Assembly (NCBI GenBank): GCA_022813865.1
Contig: JALDZX010000003.1
Coordinates: forward strand, 186,001-250,000
Origin: Xylographa opegraphella
Lineage: Eukaryota
DNA length: 64,000 bases
Direction: 5' to 3'
Positions 38,872 to 51,956 of this stretch are shown one piece after another. The translations under genes and the position numbers were made by a program. Each line of letters starts with the position of its first letter. Within the stretch, counting starts at the first letter, position 1. The notes under the pieces are model-generated. The model searched no databases. It saw only the letters and a list, made by a program, of their open reading frames with translations, and was not told the DNA's origin.

Positions 38872-39995
38872 TCAACGTCGTCTTGGCGCAATCGTGATCT
38901 CGTCAACCACATAGTCTCTTTTCGAAAGCGACGAGCAACAAGTCCCCATCAGCCTACATTCCCTACAAGAACATCTGCCTCTGCATGGCGACCGGGAGCA
39001 CGATCCACACTGCACAATGTCCTGGCCAGCACGACGACTTCCTGAGGATGATATAGAGCTTGAGCTGCGGGGTGAGATCTCGTGGATGATAGGGCGACCT
39101 CGTGAGACAGATAAGGAGGTCGAGAACCATGGCAATTTCTCTTGAATACTGGACCGACCTCTCGAGTACGAAACGACCCTGGATGTGCCGAGCCTGCAAT
39201 CCTTTTTGGTATCGCGACCGCGAGCTGGTGATGCGGAGCTTGACTCGCGTGGTGCTATGTTTTGTATGACGACAACTGATCTCTGAGGTCGAGGCTGTCG
39301 GTCGCGAGATGTATCACCTCTGGACGATGATGAGGAAGCACTGCTAGACCCGCAGCTAGATACAGATCTCGAGTCGCGAGAGCGCCGCCGCTCGATGATG
39401 AGGCGTGTTCCAGCCGCTGACGAAGACCTCGACGAGGGCGGGCATGATTCTTTGGAACTGGATTTGCCTCTTGATCTCACTAGGACGTAGGACGCAGATG
39501 ACCTTGATCGTTGGGCCGAAGTGCGACCTCTCGGAGGGGATGATGATGCATCTCGGCTTCTTTTGATCACTTCGGTAGTTGTGCTGCCTTTAGAGACAGA
39601 TCTGGAGCGAGAGCTCTCAGATTGACAGTTGTCACTGCCGTGATCTCTGTCTAACACGATAATCGGTGTAGAGTCAGTGGACGGAGGTACGTAGTAGCGA
39701 GTGATAGTCTGGCAGGAATCATTGTAGTGATCACTCGGCGGGTCACTAAACACAAAGGTAATTAGATCTCATGCTCACTGAAGGCGAGCCTTTGGTTGTG
39801 TACCCGTGGTGGACCCAGTTTCTCGATTTGAGATATTGGAGGAGAACTTGAAATACGTACCGCAAGTGATTATAACCCGACTTAGACAACCCACTAACGC
39901 TTTGTTCGTCCTCTAGAGTGAGACCTTTGAGCTTCGCATAGAGAGAGTGAGGTCCGTCCGTTGTGTAATAATCGGAATGCTTATCATATAGCATT
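38872..39995 (-). CDS. Hypothetical Ser/Arg-rich low-complexity protein
   Basis: 293-codon open frame with repeated SRGR motifs plus a probable upstream exon; boundaries uncertain. Confidence 0.4.
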
Positions 39996-42394
39996 TTGTA
40001 TGATGTGCCTCGAGTAAGGAGAGAAATGCTATCTGTGTTTGGAAGAGGACTACATAATTTTGTCGTCCCTCTCTCCATCTATATAGCAAAACATACCTCG
40101 CAAGAGCCGTACAGATGACGGAATCACCAGTCTTCTAAAATGGCATCATATGTGAAAGAGGTATGGTACACTGGAAATCGAGTGGATGAGAAGAATCAAA
40201 AGAAATCTGATTCCAAAAAAGCAATTGGGCTGAACCCGCCGGCTGTCTCGACTACGCGGTAAGCGGAAGCATGAGAGAAGTGAAACGAAATCTTTCCAGC
40301 TGCTTGACTGCACTCTTCGTTGTGACAGCCGCGTCGCACTCAAAGTGCTCCGAGTCATTGGTACTGAAGACATCAAACAAGATACCTCAATGTGGTCTCA
40401 ACACAACCTGGGGTTTCACCAGACCTCAAGCAGACAAATGGCAAACCAAAACGTACTTGCGGTAGTCATAAGACAGGATGATATTAGTGAAACGTGAGGC
40501 GAACAGTCATTGGCTGCTTAGCCGCTCCGTGGGGATGAAATCTCATGAACCATCATTTAGAAGAACACTGAAAGTGACTATAAATAGACAATACATTTCA
40601 ACAGTCAAAAGATCTGAAGCAAAGTGAAAGGGAGATGTAGTCTGGCGCCCGTTTCGGAGTATCTCGCACGGCGCTAATTTTTCGATGTTTGAAACTTACG
40701 GGTTTCCCGCTAAGCGGAGAGCCAAGAGGCTAGTACTAGTGTACCGAGTCTTAGAAATACCTCGGTATTTCTTCTGGAGCTGGATAGCCTCAACAAATAT
40801 CGTCAGAAATGCTGAAGTACTTTTCGATTCTCCTGCAGCGCTTATGGCCTAGAAAATAAGATCATTCTATATCATATGAGACTAAACGCCGTTACCGTGT
40901 CCTTATATGGCAACTTGTCAGGCTAGGATTATACTTATTATGGAAACTTAAAGAGACCTCGTGGTATCGATCGCCTCTAGTTGTCCCTCGGCTGCAATGA
41001 ATCAAAATCTTCGCAAACTTCCGACCTGTCGGGAGAGAGCGGTCTCAACTTCGAAGTGCTTACTTTCGCCCACCAAAAGCGCTTCTACTGGTGCGGCGGT
41101 ATCCATGAATGGATGAGACTGTCTCCGTACAGATGAGTACAACCTCCTTCTGAACCCTTTCTCTGCTTGGGAAGTAGGGTTAGCTGTATTTACCAGTATA
41201 TTACGTTTATTTTTGAGAGTAGCTTTGGCGATGTCAAAGGTGATTTGGTTGCCACCGCTGTGAGAGAAACCAGAGTAGACCCATCACATGTGTACTATAC
41301 AAGTTCACTATTAGTAACCACGACTTTGTGAGTTGTTTACAGAGCATGTTGCTTGAATGAGTATTACCGAAATTTTCAATGGACTTTAATTTTCCATAAA
41401 GCCCGAAGTTGGGACAATCGCGTCAAATCGAGTTTCCCCAGATCTTCGATGGTTTCATCAAGCTAGAACGAGGAGAGCAACAGATATTTCTACCCCGGTG
41501 TCAAGACGCTACAGAAGGTGGCTTCCACTAGCTTTGAAGGCAGCCCAAGACTTAAAAATGTTAGACCGTACCGCGAGATAGAAGGTGAGAGGGTCGCTCC
41601 GAAGTCTAACCATGGATGGACTCCATACAAGATCGTGATAGAAAGATGGCTATGGGCGGCCAGATATCAAGACACAGGGAGGTACAATTTTGCAGCCACT
41701 TGCGAAGAGATGAAATCAGGCTGCGGATTCTGGGACAGCAAAAGTCTATAAGAATGCCTACTATGAACCAAATAGAAGCTGCATAAGCCGGCGTCCAGTG
41801 TGCCAACGGCTGTACCACACCATTTTGAAAGATTCAGTTCCATGATGACAATGGCTGGTCGCGTATTCCGATCCTCTAAGGTTTGAAAGGCTTGAGGTCA
41901 AGCCTGGAGGATAGCAGACATCTATAAGATGGTTGGCAAAACTACGCCCAAAAGGTTCGAGGTGGTTAGGCGAAGGAATCCGCTATAACCAATCGTCATG
42001 CGATCACTCAGTGTAGTAGCATATTGTAATGTAACATAATCTATTCTATAGTCCTTGATAATCATTTTGGACTGATAGAAATACCGATCTCTGAATCGAG
42101 TAGATATTTCTTTATTTGAGATCCGGATATTGTATTGTCCTCGTGAAGGAGTGAGTTGACAAGAACCTAATTGGTACCTCTATAGACATGAGATCAATTC
42201 TCAAGAAAGAGCCTGACGATTATTGGACGGTAAGGTAAGAACTCTCAATTTGGAATTTAGCGTCTTGTATTAGCCTTGCCGCATTTCATGCAAGCGCGCG
42301 CCTCATAATATATCTTAGATAAGGCTCTGCCTCATCCGTTTTCAACAGCTCCTAGAAACAGGGTACTCAGCAGGTGTAGCTCTTCACAGCTGCA

Positions 42395-44040
42395 ATGGCA
42401 GCTACTGTAACGATAGACAAAGCTTACTTTGAGACCTTGCTGCGGCGGTGAGGTCTTGATCGCGTCCGATGTAGGGAGCAATGATAACTAACGCCTCAAG
42501 CAGTGCTGAGTTTGTCAGTCTCATGGAAATGTGGGACGATGATTGCGAGAGCTCACTGTGTTTTCTAGCACGTCTCAGGGGAGGATCTAACGACTCCTCT
42601 GAACTTACCCACAGTCACGATTCCAAAATGTGATCATGACAATCTCGTGAGCACCCCTCTACCACTACTTTGCTGGATTTTAATTATGCTTTTCTTAAAA
42701 CTGATAACTCTCTTCATAGCTTCGCATGGCCCAAGAGTATAGTACGTACTCCGACTGTCCTTTTGCCTCATTCAATCTGTATTGCCACGATCAAGCACAT
42801 CTTATGACCACAGAAATCGTCTGCTAATTGCTCGCTAAGATACCCTGAGAGATGCTCTATACCGCGGAGGGATACCACCTGAAACTCTGGAGGTAGCTTA
42901 TACGCTTCATAATTTTCATCAGGACAGGGTCTGACACTGAATGCTAGATCCTGATCAGTGGCGATGGTGCTCCTCAGGGTTCTACAGACGAGCTCGCAGA
43001 TCAGACTACATATCGTACTGAAGGCATTGCATCCAACAAAACACAGCTACGTTCTATTGGACTGTCTAGCCCTTCATTAAACTTTACTCCAACTTCGACC
43101 ACTTCCTGTCTGCCAGTGCGTCCTTATTCTGGAAACGTGCATGCGAGTGGTAGGAGGGGTTCAAACGGACGAGACCATGGCTACGCTCATGATGAGAACT
43201 CGATGCTATCAGATATCGACAAAGACGATCATCATTTAGCAGTACCGCCGCCCGATAGGCAGCACTTTGCCAGGAACGAGCAGCGTACCATCTTGATCAA
43301 GAACCTTTCAGACCGTGTTACACATAAAGACATTGCGGATGTTGTTCGTGGAGGTGCAGTACTAGACATATATCTACGGTCGATGGACAGAAGTGCCAGT
43401 GTCTCCTTCGTCGAAGGCGCCGCTGCTCAAGCATTTATGAGTTATGCCAAACGTAATGATATTTATATTCATGGCAAAAGGGTGAGTGGCCGGACTATAA
43501 CTTCGAAACTATGTATTAATGTATATATCGTAGGCCGAGCTGAGCTGGAATGATCGACAGTTCATCCTTCCAGGTCACGTTGCCGGCAAAATACATGCTG
43601 GTGCTAGTCGCAACCTAGTTGTACGCGGTGTACATCCCAACATTACTGCCGAACGAATCCGGGAGGATCTTGACCACATTCACAACTTGATTGTTATCGA
43701 TATTCACTTCAATCAAGCAGATGCCTTCATTTCCTTGAACTCTGTGCACAACTCACTGTTCGCGAGAACTTGCATGATGTCCAGAGGTGCCTACAAGGCT
43801 GCCCGTATTGAATGGTATCCTGATGAGTGCGCACAAGCTCTTCCTAAGGTTCAACACATTCCAAGAAAAGAAAATACCGCTCCGCCAGTCAAAAGCTTAA
43901 ATCCCATGGTCAATCGATTTCAGATGCTCAACATGGACGGCACGGAGGATGGATCGGAAGAGGACGATGAAGGCGGAATCACAGAGTTCAGACCATTGCA
44001 CACGGGCTTGAACTGGACGCCTTCCACTGTGGTTGCCTAA
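42395..44040 (+). CDS. Two-RRM RNA-binding protein (Nrd1-like RRMs), 7 exons including micro-exons
   Basis: Spliced MAATVTIDKAYFETLLRR|AEF|HVSG...; RRM1 QRTILIKNL...VRGGAVLDIYLR...ASVSFVE; RRM2 GASRNLVVRG...DLDHIHNLIVID...AFISLNSVHNSLFARTCMMSR...IEWYPDECA. Confidence 0.85.
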
Positions 44041-44506
44041 GCTCGATTCCCTCATCGTTCTTGTCTCTGGCTATTTCTACATGGGCGAGCATTGTTCACC
44101 AAACCAACACTTTCACTAGGGCGAACTGTGGTAAACTGAGTCCTTGGTGGCGTAAGGTCTCCACCATTACTGAAGTTGCCGATCCTGGCATACGGCATTG
44201 TACCGTGCGCAGGAACTGTCGCTACTTCTTATTACACGTAAGTACAAATCAGTAAGGTAAGTGGCGACAAGGCGTTCATGGAACCATGCTTGTATTTTTT
44301 TTCGGCTATAGTATTTTTTAGATACCCCAAACTGGTAGCACTGGCTGGAATTTTGGTATGGCGCAAAATTTGTTTGATTCCAGACTTCTTAAGCGGATCA
44401 AAAGCATAGATCGGCTTCTACTATGGATTTCATTGTATGTTGCCACCATTACATGGAGTCCCAAAATATCCAGAAGAAAGACTTCATAAGTTGGACTGTC
44501 TCTGTG

Positions 44507-45596
44507 CTAGAGTTTCTCTTTCGTCACCCCTTGAAAGCCAGATGTATGCCGATAGTCATAGTGCCAATCACTTCGCGCCATGTCCTCACGTACTCTATAC
44601 TGCGTCTCAGCTTCATCTAATATTTTCATGTCAATGTCCACAGTGCTCATTCCTTCCTCGGCACTATCTTTCGTCTCATCCCCCAAAGCTCCAAGGAAAG
44701 GGACCGTCACTCTCGAAAGACCGGCATATGGATTAGGCTTCTTGGATGATCGAGGCCCGCCTGCGTTTACAAAAATCACTGCACAAGTGTTCTCAAATGT
44801 TCGAGCTGTCAACGTTGATTCTAGGAACAGTGCTTCCGATCGCGGATTGAGCTTTAGACCATATGGTGAACAGTCCGTGATAGTCCCTGAATCACATCAA
44901 TCCTATTCACAACTATCAAGGATTCAATACGTACAAAACGTTGGTATTATGATGAGCCTGGCGCCCTGCGCAACAAGCTCGCGGAACGCCTCTGGGAAGG
45001 CGAGGTCCCAGCATATAAGCAGGCCGACCGGACCTAGAGGTGTTTCAATAACGGAATGGGGATCGAAAGTGCTTGACGACAAATGCGGACGCTCCGGATG
45101 CCTTATAAGCATAGTGATGCGGCAGTCAGTTTAATAGCTGCGATTCAGCATACAGAAGCTTTCGCACCATATATTCTTTTTCTGATAGCTCCCCAAAATC
45201 TCCCCGGTATTATCGATGAAATACGCCACATTAATAAGCTTGTTTCCTTCGTCCGGCGCAGTTTTGTGAAGTTCCACTAGAGTACCGGGCACGATACAGA
45301 TGTTGTTGGCTTTTGCTAATGCTCTGTACTTGTTGAGGTAGAGCTCCGATTGCGCGCAGAGAACAACGAACTGAGGATCCTCAGGTACCCAATTCGTTAA
45401 GTGATATTCCGGTAATACAGCTAGTTGTGCGCCTCGAGATGCAGCTTCTTCAACAAATTGGACGGCTTTGGCATAGTTCGATTCGATTTGCATGGGCTTT
45501 GGACCAATGAGCCCACATCCGAGGAAAAATCATCGACGCGAATTGACCTGCCTTTGGATGAAGCTGGATTACAGCAACTTTGTAGACTGGAGCCAT
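44507..45596 (-). CDS. Carbon-nitrogen hydrolase (nitrilase superfamily)
   Basis: Catalytic triad motifs AVLPEY, YQKKNIW|HPER and [25 protein letters not shown]; 3 introns, the first GC-AG. Confidence 0.93.
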
Positions 45597-45786
45597 TGTA
45601 TGTAAATTGAGATGTATGGCGCTCTTATCCAATGTTCACAACAGAATATGGCAAATTCCTCCTCCCCGCATTTGATATTGTCTCGATAAGGGGGCCTTGC
45701 GCTACGATAACATTTTGTAGGGCTGACGAAGCGAGCCCTCATTTTCAAAACCTCTACCCAAAATTCCATAAGATAACAATATCAAC

Positions 45787-47283
45787 ATGGCTCTCTATCA
45801 ACGCGCGCCGTACGTGACGGCGGAAAACCAAAAAATCGAAGACGATGTCTCCGATCAAGAGCAGGATACTTTGGTCAACGACTTTAAGCAACAAGTCCAG
45901 TTTGACGACGGAATGGACGAACTCGAGCCGACAACATCTCACGGAGGGCAGATGCAGGACATGCAGGCTCAGCTTGCTGCAGCTGCAACGCCCTTGGAAT
46001 ATCAAGCGACATTAGAGACCAAGTTTGCCAGTTATGACAATTATTGCAGTCTTTTCCACTATGTCCTCAACTCAGACGGGCCAGTGGATTTAGAAGTCCC
46101 TTCAGTAAGCTTATGGAAACAGTCGTCGTGCTCAAGCTCACCCTAATCCACTCAATAGTACTACTGGGCGTGGGATGTGATAGACGAGTTTATCTACCAG
46201 TTCGAATCCTTTTGCCGCTATCGAAATCGCGTTGCGCGCACAAATTCGAACGAGGAAGAAGCTCAACTACTGCGCGATAACCCAAACACATGGGGGTGCT
46301 ACTCTGTTCTGAACGTCCTTTACTCTCTCATACAGCGCTCTCAGATCAATGAACAACTTGCTGCCATGAAACGGAACGAAGATCCGATGAGTGTTGCTGG
46401 CGAGTATGGCTCACGCAATCTCTACCGGATGCTTGGCTATTTCTCCATAATCGGACTCTTACGGGTACACTGCTTGCTGGGGGACTTTAGTCTGGCTCTG
46501 AAAACTCTGGACGATATTGAGCTGAACAAGAAGGCAATGTTCGCTCGAGTAATGGCGGCACATTTCACCACGTATTACTACGTTGGCTTCAGCTACATGA
46601 TGATGCGACGCTACGCTGATGCGATCCGCATGTTCTCTCACATCCTCGTTTTCGTCTCGCGGACCAAGAACTTCCAGAAGAATGCGCAGTATGATAGCAT
46701 AACGAAGAAGAACGACCAGATGTATGCCCTGGTTGCGATATGTGTCGCTTTCCATCCCACAAAACTCGACGACACGATTCACACCGCTCTACGAGAAAAG
46801 TATGGTGATCAGCTTGTCAGACTACAGCGTGGAGGACCTGATTCACTACCCTTATTCGAGGAGCTGTTTCGAACTGCCTGCCCCAAGTTTATTTCTCCGA
46901 CACCGCCAGACTTTGACAACCCTTCCGTCAACATCGATCCCGTCGACCACCACCTCAGTATCTTTATGTTCGAAGTCAAGGCAACAATGTTCTCTCCAAC
47001 CGTCAAATCGTATTTGAAGCTCTACACCACCATGGACTTGAAGAAACTGGCAGGATTCTTAGAAGTGGAGCCGGAAAAACTCAGGGGCTGGTTATTGGTG
47101 AACAAGCAACGCAGTAGGCAAGTACGGTGGAGTGAGGGTGGGCTGTTGGATGGAGACATCGTGAACGGCAACGAGCTGGACTATGCCATCGTCGGAGATC
47201 TCATCCATGTCAGTGAAGCCAAGGTGGGAAGGAGACTGGTGGATTGGTACCTGAGGAATCTCGCGAGGACTTATCAAATATAA
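45787..47283 (+). CDS. EIF3L: Translation initiation factor eIF3 subunit L
   Basis: WAWDVIDEFIYQFESF, LYRMLGYFSIIGLLRVHCLLGDF, YYVGFSYMMMRRYADAIR, CPKFISP and KSYLKLYTT; intron 46105-46158. Confidence 0.97.
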
Positions 47284-47776
47284 GGGTTGGAGTGATATTG
47301 AAACTGGGGATATCATCTCGTGACGAAACGACGTCGTACACAAAGGTTATGCTGGAGAAGCATTCTTGGCTTGGTGGGTAGAGGAAAAGCATGTTTACGA
47401 TACCACATCACAGAAAAGGAGCTTTACTACTCATGCTTGCGGAAGAAAGGATTTTGTATGTCGTGTGCTTGTGACACAGGACGGCTTGAAAAGCACGGGT
47501 CGTGCAGACGCAGTTGTGCAAGGCTATCATCACAGTCAGATCCATTTAACTTACCGTTTCACTTCCATGCCATCTCGTGACTCCCTCTTTGGTCACGTCT
47601 GTTCACGAGTCGTTGTTTTCACTCCCCTGCCGAAAAAGCTCTTCAATAAAACGTGTATGCACGCATAGCAAAGAATCGTTTCTCATTCATCGTTGCCATC
47701 CACATCTCATGTTTCGACCAATGTGGTCTACATCACAAACCCGACAGTCAATAAGTCCACCAGCGACGAAGCCCAT

Positions 47777-48289
47777 CTAGGCGCTCCCCCCCTTCGCGCC
47801 CGCTTCCTTCGCCGCCGCACTCCCCGTCGTGAAAGTCCCATCCGGGTTGCGGCCGTCGTCCGTCACGCCAGTGGGCTACCACGGTCAGCTCGTGCTCCAA
47901 GAAAGTACCCGCCACCTGAAACTGCGAGATACCAGAGCGTACTCACCCCCGAGGAATTGCTGCCCCCCTTCGCCCCGGCCTCCTTGGCCGCGGCACTGCC
48001 GGTGGTGAACGTCCCGTCGGGGTTGCGGCCGTTGTTGTCTGCGGCGGATGCGGGCTATGGCAGTCAGCCGTGCTCGGAAGGGGGGACTGCTGCGGACCGC
48101 AGCGAGAGAGGGACCACGGTGTGGGCTACTCACGGGAATGTAGGGATCGTATTGCGGGCTACCCGCGGGAACGTAGGTCCCGCTGCCGGGGGAAGGCCCG
48201 CCGTGGGATTTACCGCCCTTGGTGGCCGCTTCGATGACTTCCTCCTTGGGGCGGTTGGCGAAGTTGCCCGGGTTGGTGTTTTCCGTCAT
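47777..48289 (-). CDS. Con-10-like KGG-repeat stress/conidiation protein, 3 exons
   Basis: MTENTNPGNFANRPKEEVIEAATKGG; introns 48055-48133 and 47876-47946; two copies of GRNPDGTFTTGSAAAKEAGAKGGS. Confidence 0.85.
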
Positions 48290-49172
48290 TGTGGAGGTTG
48301 CTTGCTTGCTTTGCTGGTTTTCTGGGATTCAGGGTTGCGGGGGAGCCTTCTGTGTTCCTGGGGCAAAGATGGGGCGTGGTGAGCGAGTGTTTTGCCTGGG
48401 GGGTTGGAAGACTGCGTGATGGCTTACCTGAGTTGTTCTGTGTGCGATTGCGTGGTGGAGGAGTTGTGGGGAGGTTTTCAGCTGTGTGAAGAAAGTGCTG
48501 GGAGGGTGGTGAGTATGCGGTGACGCGCGTGGGTATCACGGTGGCGTGACATGGTGCTGCGCAGACAGGTTTTTTTTTCTGCTTCACAGGTTCTGGTTCC
48601 ACTTACCCCGCGAGGGGTAGGTATTGTGATGGCGGATGGGTACCGTCTGTGCAGCCAAGAGCTTTCCAGCACAAGTATGCGAAGACGCGCGCACCGGTAC
48701 GCTAGAGCGGGATCCCTGGCATCCGCTCTGCTCCGAGTGGTTCGGAGCGTTCCGCTCAGACATGTCAGGCATGCCTTTGAATTCCGAGACTTGCCCGGCT
48801 GGGTATGGCGCGCTCTTGGCGCGCTTCTGCTTCGTACCCAGTACTTACAAGGACCTAAGGCCCCTGCCACTTCCTCCCAGTAACGTCACATGCTGGAACC
48901 ATTCTTTGGCGAACATCTCAGTCAACGCAAGTAAGGTATCTTGATGGTTCAATTGCTCGGTACCTTACAGTGTGCATTCGATACTGAACTACTGGTAATG
49001 CGGCTTTTGCGGCCCTATGTGAACCTTGGATGAACTGTGAGCTGGTGAAACTTCACCCCGTTCAGGATAGTGGGGCGGTATTCCAGGACTGTGCGCCCGC
49101 CAAATTCGCAACGTACGGAGTACTTCCTGCTTTTCATCTTCCATTTTCACTGCTTCACTTTTATTTTTTATC

Positions 49173-50390
49173 ATGCAAGCCTCATTAAACACAACTGATC
49201 GAAGGATCTCACTGGCTTCTCAGAAATCGACATCACCAGAAGCATCAGTTGCCCTTCCGCCATCGCCCATATCGTCTGAAGAGCCGTCGTCGAAGCCTTC
49301 TCCAAAACCTTTTATCAAGCCCTCCTCCAAGTCCTTCTCAAACATTCCAGCAGCAATTCAATTACTCAAAGATCGCAAGCAAGGCATTTTAGAGGAAGAT
49401 TGGAATATCATACAACTGGGACCTGGTGACTATGATGAGCTATGGCGGCAACTCGAGAGAGAAGATGTAGATCTTCTAAGGTTCATTGAAAATAAAGTGC
49501 AGTAAGAAAGCAACTCATTATTTAACTCAAATGACTAATAATAAAAGCCTCGACTACAATCCTAGAACGTTCGAATTCGTTGTCCGGATGCCTACATCAA
49601 TCCATGAATTCATTGGAGAATCAATCGCATATGATGTTTGTCGCCAGATAGATATTATTAGAGGTGGCAATAACCCTGCGGCTGAAATTGCACGGAAAGT
49701 TCACTGCCTTGGATCGACATCGATATATCTTGAGGATGGAGCTCGTCGTGATCCAGACAAAGAGTTTAGATACGAGGGCGCAAAATACCCCAGCCTGGTT
49801 ATTGAGATTGCATACTCACAAAGAAGGAAGAATCTTTCAAAACTTGCGGACCAGTATATTGTTGAATCGAGCGGACAGATCAGAATCGTCATTGGAATCC
49901 AACTGGATTACAAGGAGTCGAAAATTGCAATAGTCTCGGTATGGTGTCCAATATATAGGGCAGATGATAGAGGGAGATTCCTTGACTCGGAAGAGATATT
50001 GTCAGAGGTAGGTGGATTCTGAGATACGTACCTGTATTGAACTAATTCCTGAAGGAGTTTCGAAAAGCGGATGGAACTGGTGTGTTAGATAAGAAGCTTC
50101 GGCTTCAGTTGAAACACTTCGTACCCTCCGAGATTGAAGCTGAGCTCGGTGGATTGGCACAAGAGATCCTGATACCCTACGAAAAGCTTGCGATATTTGT
50201 GGACAAGGCACAAGACCTCGAAAGCACCGAAAATATCACCTATATGCCCCCGGCTGGGATACGAAAGCGAAGACGGCAATCCACTCCGCCAGAGGAATTT
50301 ATATCGGAGGACGAGAGGGTGTATCGGCGTCGAGAGACGATCGAAGCCAGACGGGTTGAGGAGCAAGATGAAGAATGGATCGAGGAATAG
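49173..50390 (+). CDS. Uma2-like / PD-(D/E)XK restriction-endonuclease-fold protein
   Basis: RMPTSIHEFI, RDPDKEFRY...YPSLVIEIAYSQ...LADQYI...IRIVIGI; two introns (about 49503-49547 and 50008-50055) join three ORFs. Confidence 0.7.
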
Positions 50391-50477
50391 CCTAAACTAT
50401 CAACTATGTGATTACAGTCAACAATTGCATTATGGGCTTGAAAAAGCGAGGCTTTTGGGCTTTACACAGCGATGAGC

Positions 50478-50546
50478 AAGTTTAGGCTGCTTGCAAGTTT
50501 AAGCTGCTCGTAAGTTTTAGGCTGCTTGTAGGTTTAGGCTGCTGGT
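50478..50546. repeat. Minisatellite, 4 copies of an approximately 17-bp unit AAGTTTAGGCTGCTTGY
   Basis: Read directly downstream of the nuclease-fold gene. Confidence 0.75.
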
Positions 50547-51197
50547 ACTGATTACATGTGATAGATATCTCATGTTGCTGCTAGCAGCTCAGGTACAAAT
50601 TTTAAGCATAATCAAGTCAACCATTTTACTGCCCCAACATGAAGTTTCCGAACCCTAACAAACTGTTTTCGATCGTTGCTCTAAGCCTACTGTGCTATTC
50701 TATATACAAAGAATATGCGAAGCCAGTGTCGAAAGCTTTGGCATTCAAAGGTGTTACCGCAATATACCGCTTTAACTTATAGGACATGAAGCCTCAAAAT
50801 CGATTGATTAATTGATCAAATCCGACTCCTTAAACCCTAAAAAGACTGCGGTGATGTTCTGGCCTTTTCGCCACCCAGCGGCGACTTGATCATTCCCGAT
50901 ATACCGATACCGGCAATCATGAAACATCCAACACTATATGCATCGAACAAGATGCAGCCTTCTCCGGGAAAAGGACATGCAGCGGACTTTACTAATTCTT
51001 AAACCCGATAAATCCGTTATATGAAAGGAGACACAAGCCCCTTCCATCACAACACCAATCCCAACTTGTATATTCTCATCTTGGGGGAACGAAACATATA
51101 TTCCAAACAACTTCCTGCGATAATCACCCTTCCACCAAATCAAATAAGAAATTTTCTTCTCCTGCCGACCGCATCCCGTACCCCCCCCCCCCCAAAA

Positions 51198-51956
51198 ATG
51201 GCATCTGCGCCCACCAAAGCGCTCGTCCTCATCACAGGCGCGAACCAAGGCCTCGGCTTCGCCACCGCGCAGCAGCTCGTCCGCTCCGGCGCGTACCACG
51301 TCCTCGTCAGCTCCCGCACCGCGCACAACGCCCAAACAGCCGCTGCAAACCTGCAAACCGCCTCCGCGGACCCGACAGCCATCACGGCCCTCGCCCTCGA
51401 CGTGACGGACGACGCCTCCATCGCCGCAGCAGCGACGTTCGTCGCGGACCGGTTCGGCCACCTCGACATCCTGATCAACAACGCCGGCGTCGGGCAGGCG
51501 CGGCCGACCCCGTCGTCGCTGCGGGACCAGTACCGGCAGATCTTCGACGTCAACGTCTTCGGCGTCGCGGCCGTCACGGACGCCTTCCTGCCGCTGCTGC
51601 AGGCGTCCCCCTTTCCCGACCGGCGCGTCGTGAACGTCACGTCGGGGCTGGGCTCCATCACGATGGCGGGCAAGAAGGGGTACGCGTTCAATGCGGGCGC
51701 GTGGTACGTGCCCGCGTACCGCAGCAGCAAGGCCGCGCTGCATATGATCACGGCGGCGCAGGCGGTCCGCTTTGCGGGCGATAAGATCGCCGTCGTTGCC
51801 GTCGCGCCGGGTATGTGTCGGACGCGGTTGACGGGCGGGCAGGGCCCAAAGGGGGCGAGTGAGGGAGCGGGCGTTATCATGCGTGCGGCGACGGAGGGGG
51901 AGCCGCAGGCGTTGTCGGGGACGTATTATGCGGACGAGGCGTGCGATGGGTGGTGA
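51198..51956 (+). CDS. Short-chain dehydrogenase/reductase (carbonyl-reductase-like), intronless
   Basis: LITGANQGLG, LDVTD, LINNAG, NVFG, NVTSGLGS and YRSSK catalytic motif. Confidence 0.93.
   Translation: MASAPTKALVLITGANQGLGFATAQQLVRSGAYHVLVSSRTAHNAQTAAANLQTASADPTAITALALDVTDDASIAAAATFVADRFGHLDILINNAGVGQARPTPSSLRDQYRQIFDVNVFGVAAVTDAFLPLLQASPFPDRRVVNVTSGLGSITMAGKKGYAFNAGAWYVPAYRSSKAALHMITAAQAVRFAGDKIAVVAVAPGMCRTRLTGGQGPKGASEGAGVIMRAATEGEPQALSGTYYADEACDGW

Noticed and set aside
40100..42300. Gene-poor AT-richer stretch as a possible RIP-degraded transposon
   Set aside because: No terminal repeats or transposase/RT motifs could be recognised, so a call cannot be supported.
50650..50841. AACCCTAA telomere-like words
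   Set aside because: Isolated single copies, not arrays.
50934..51880. Long antisense ORFs opposite the SDR (also opposite DUF202, the KGG gene and the acyltransferase)
   Set aside because: Expected shadow ORFs of high-GC3 coding sequence.
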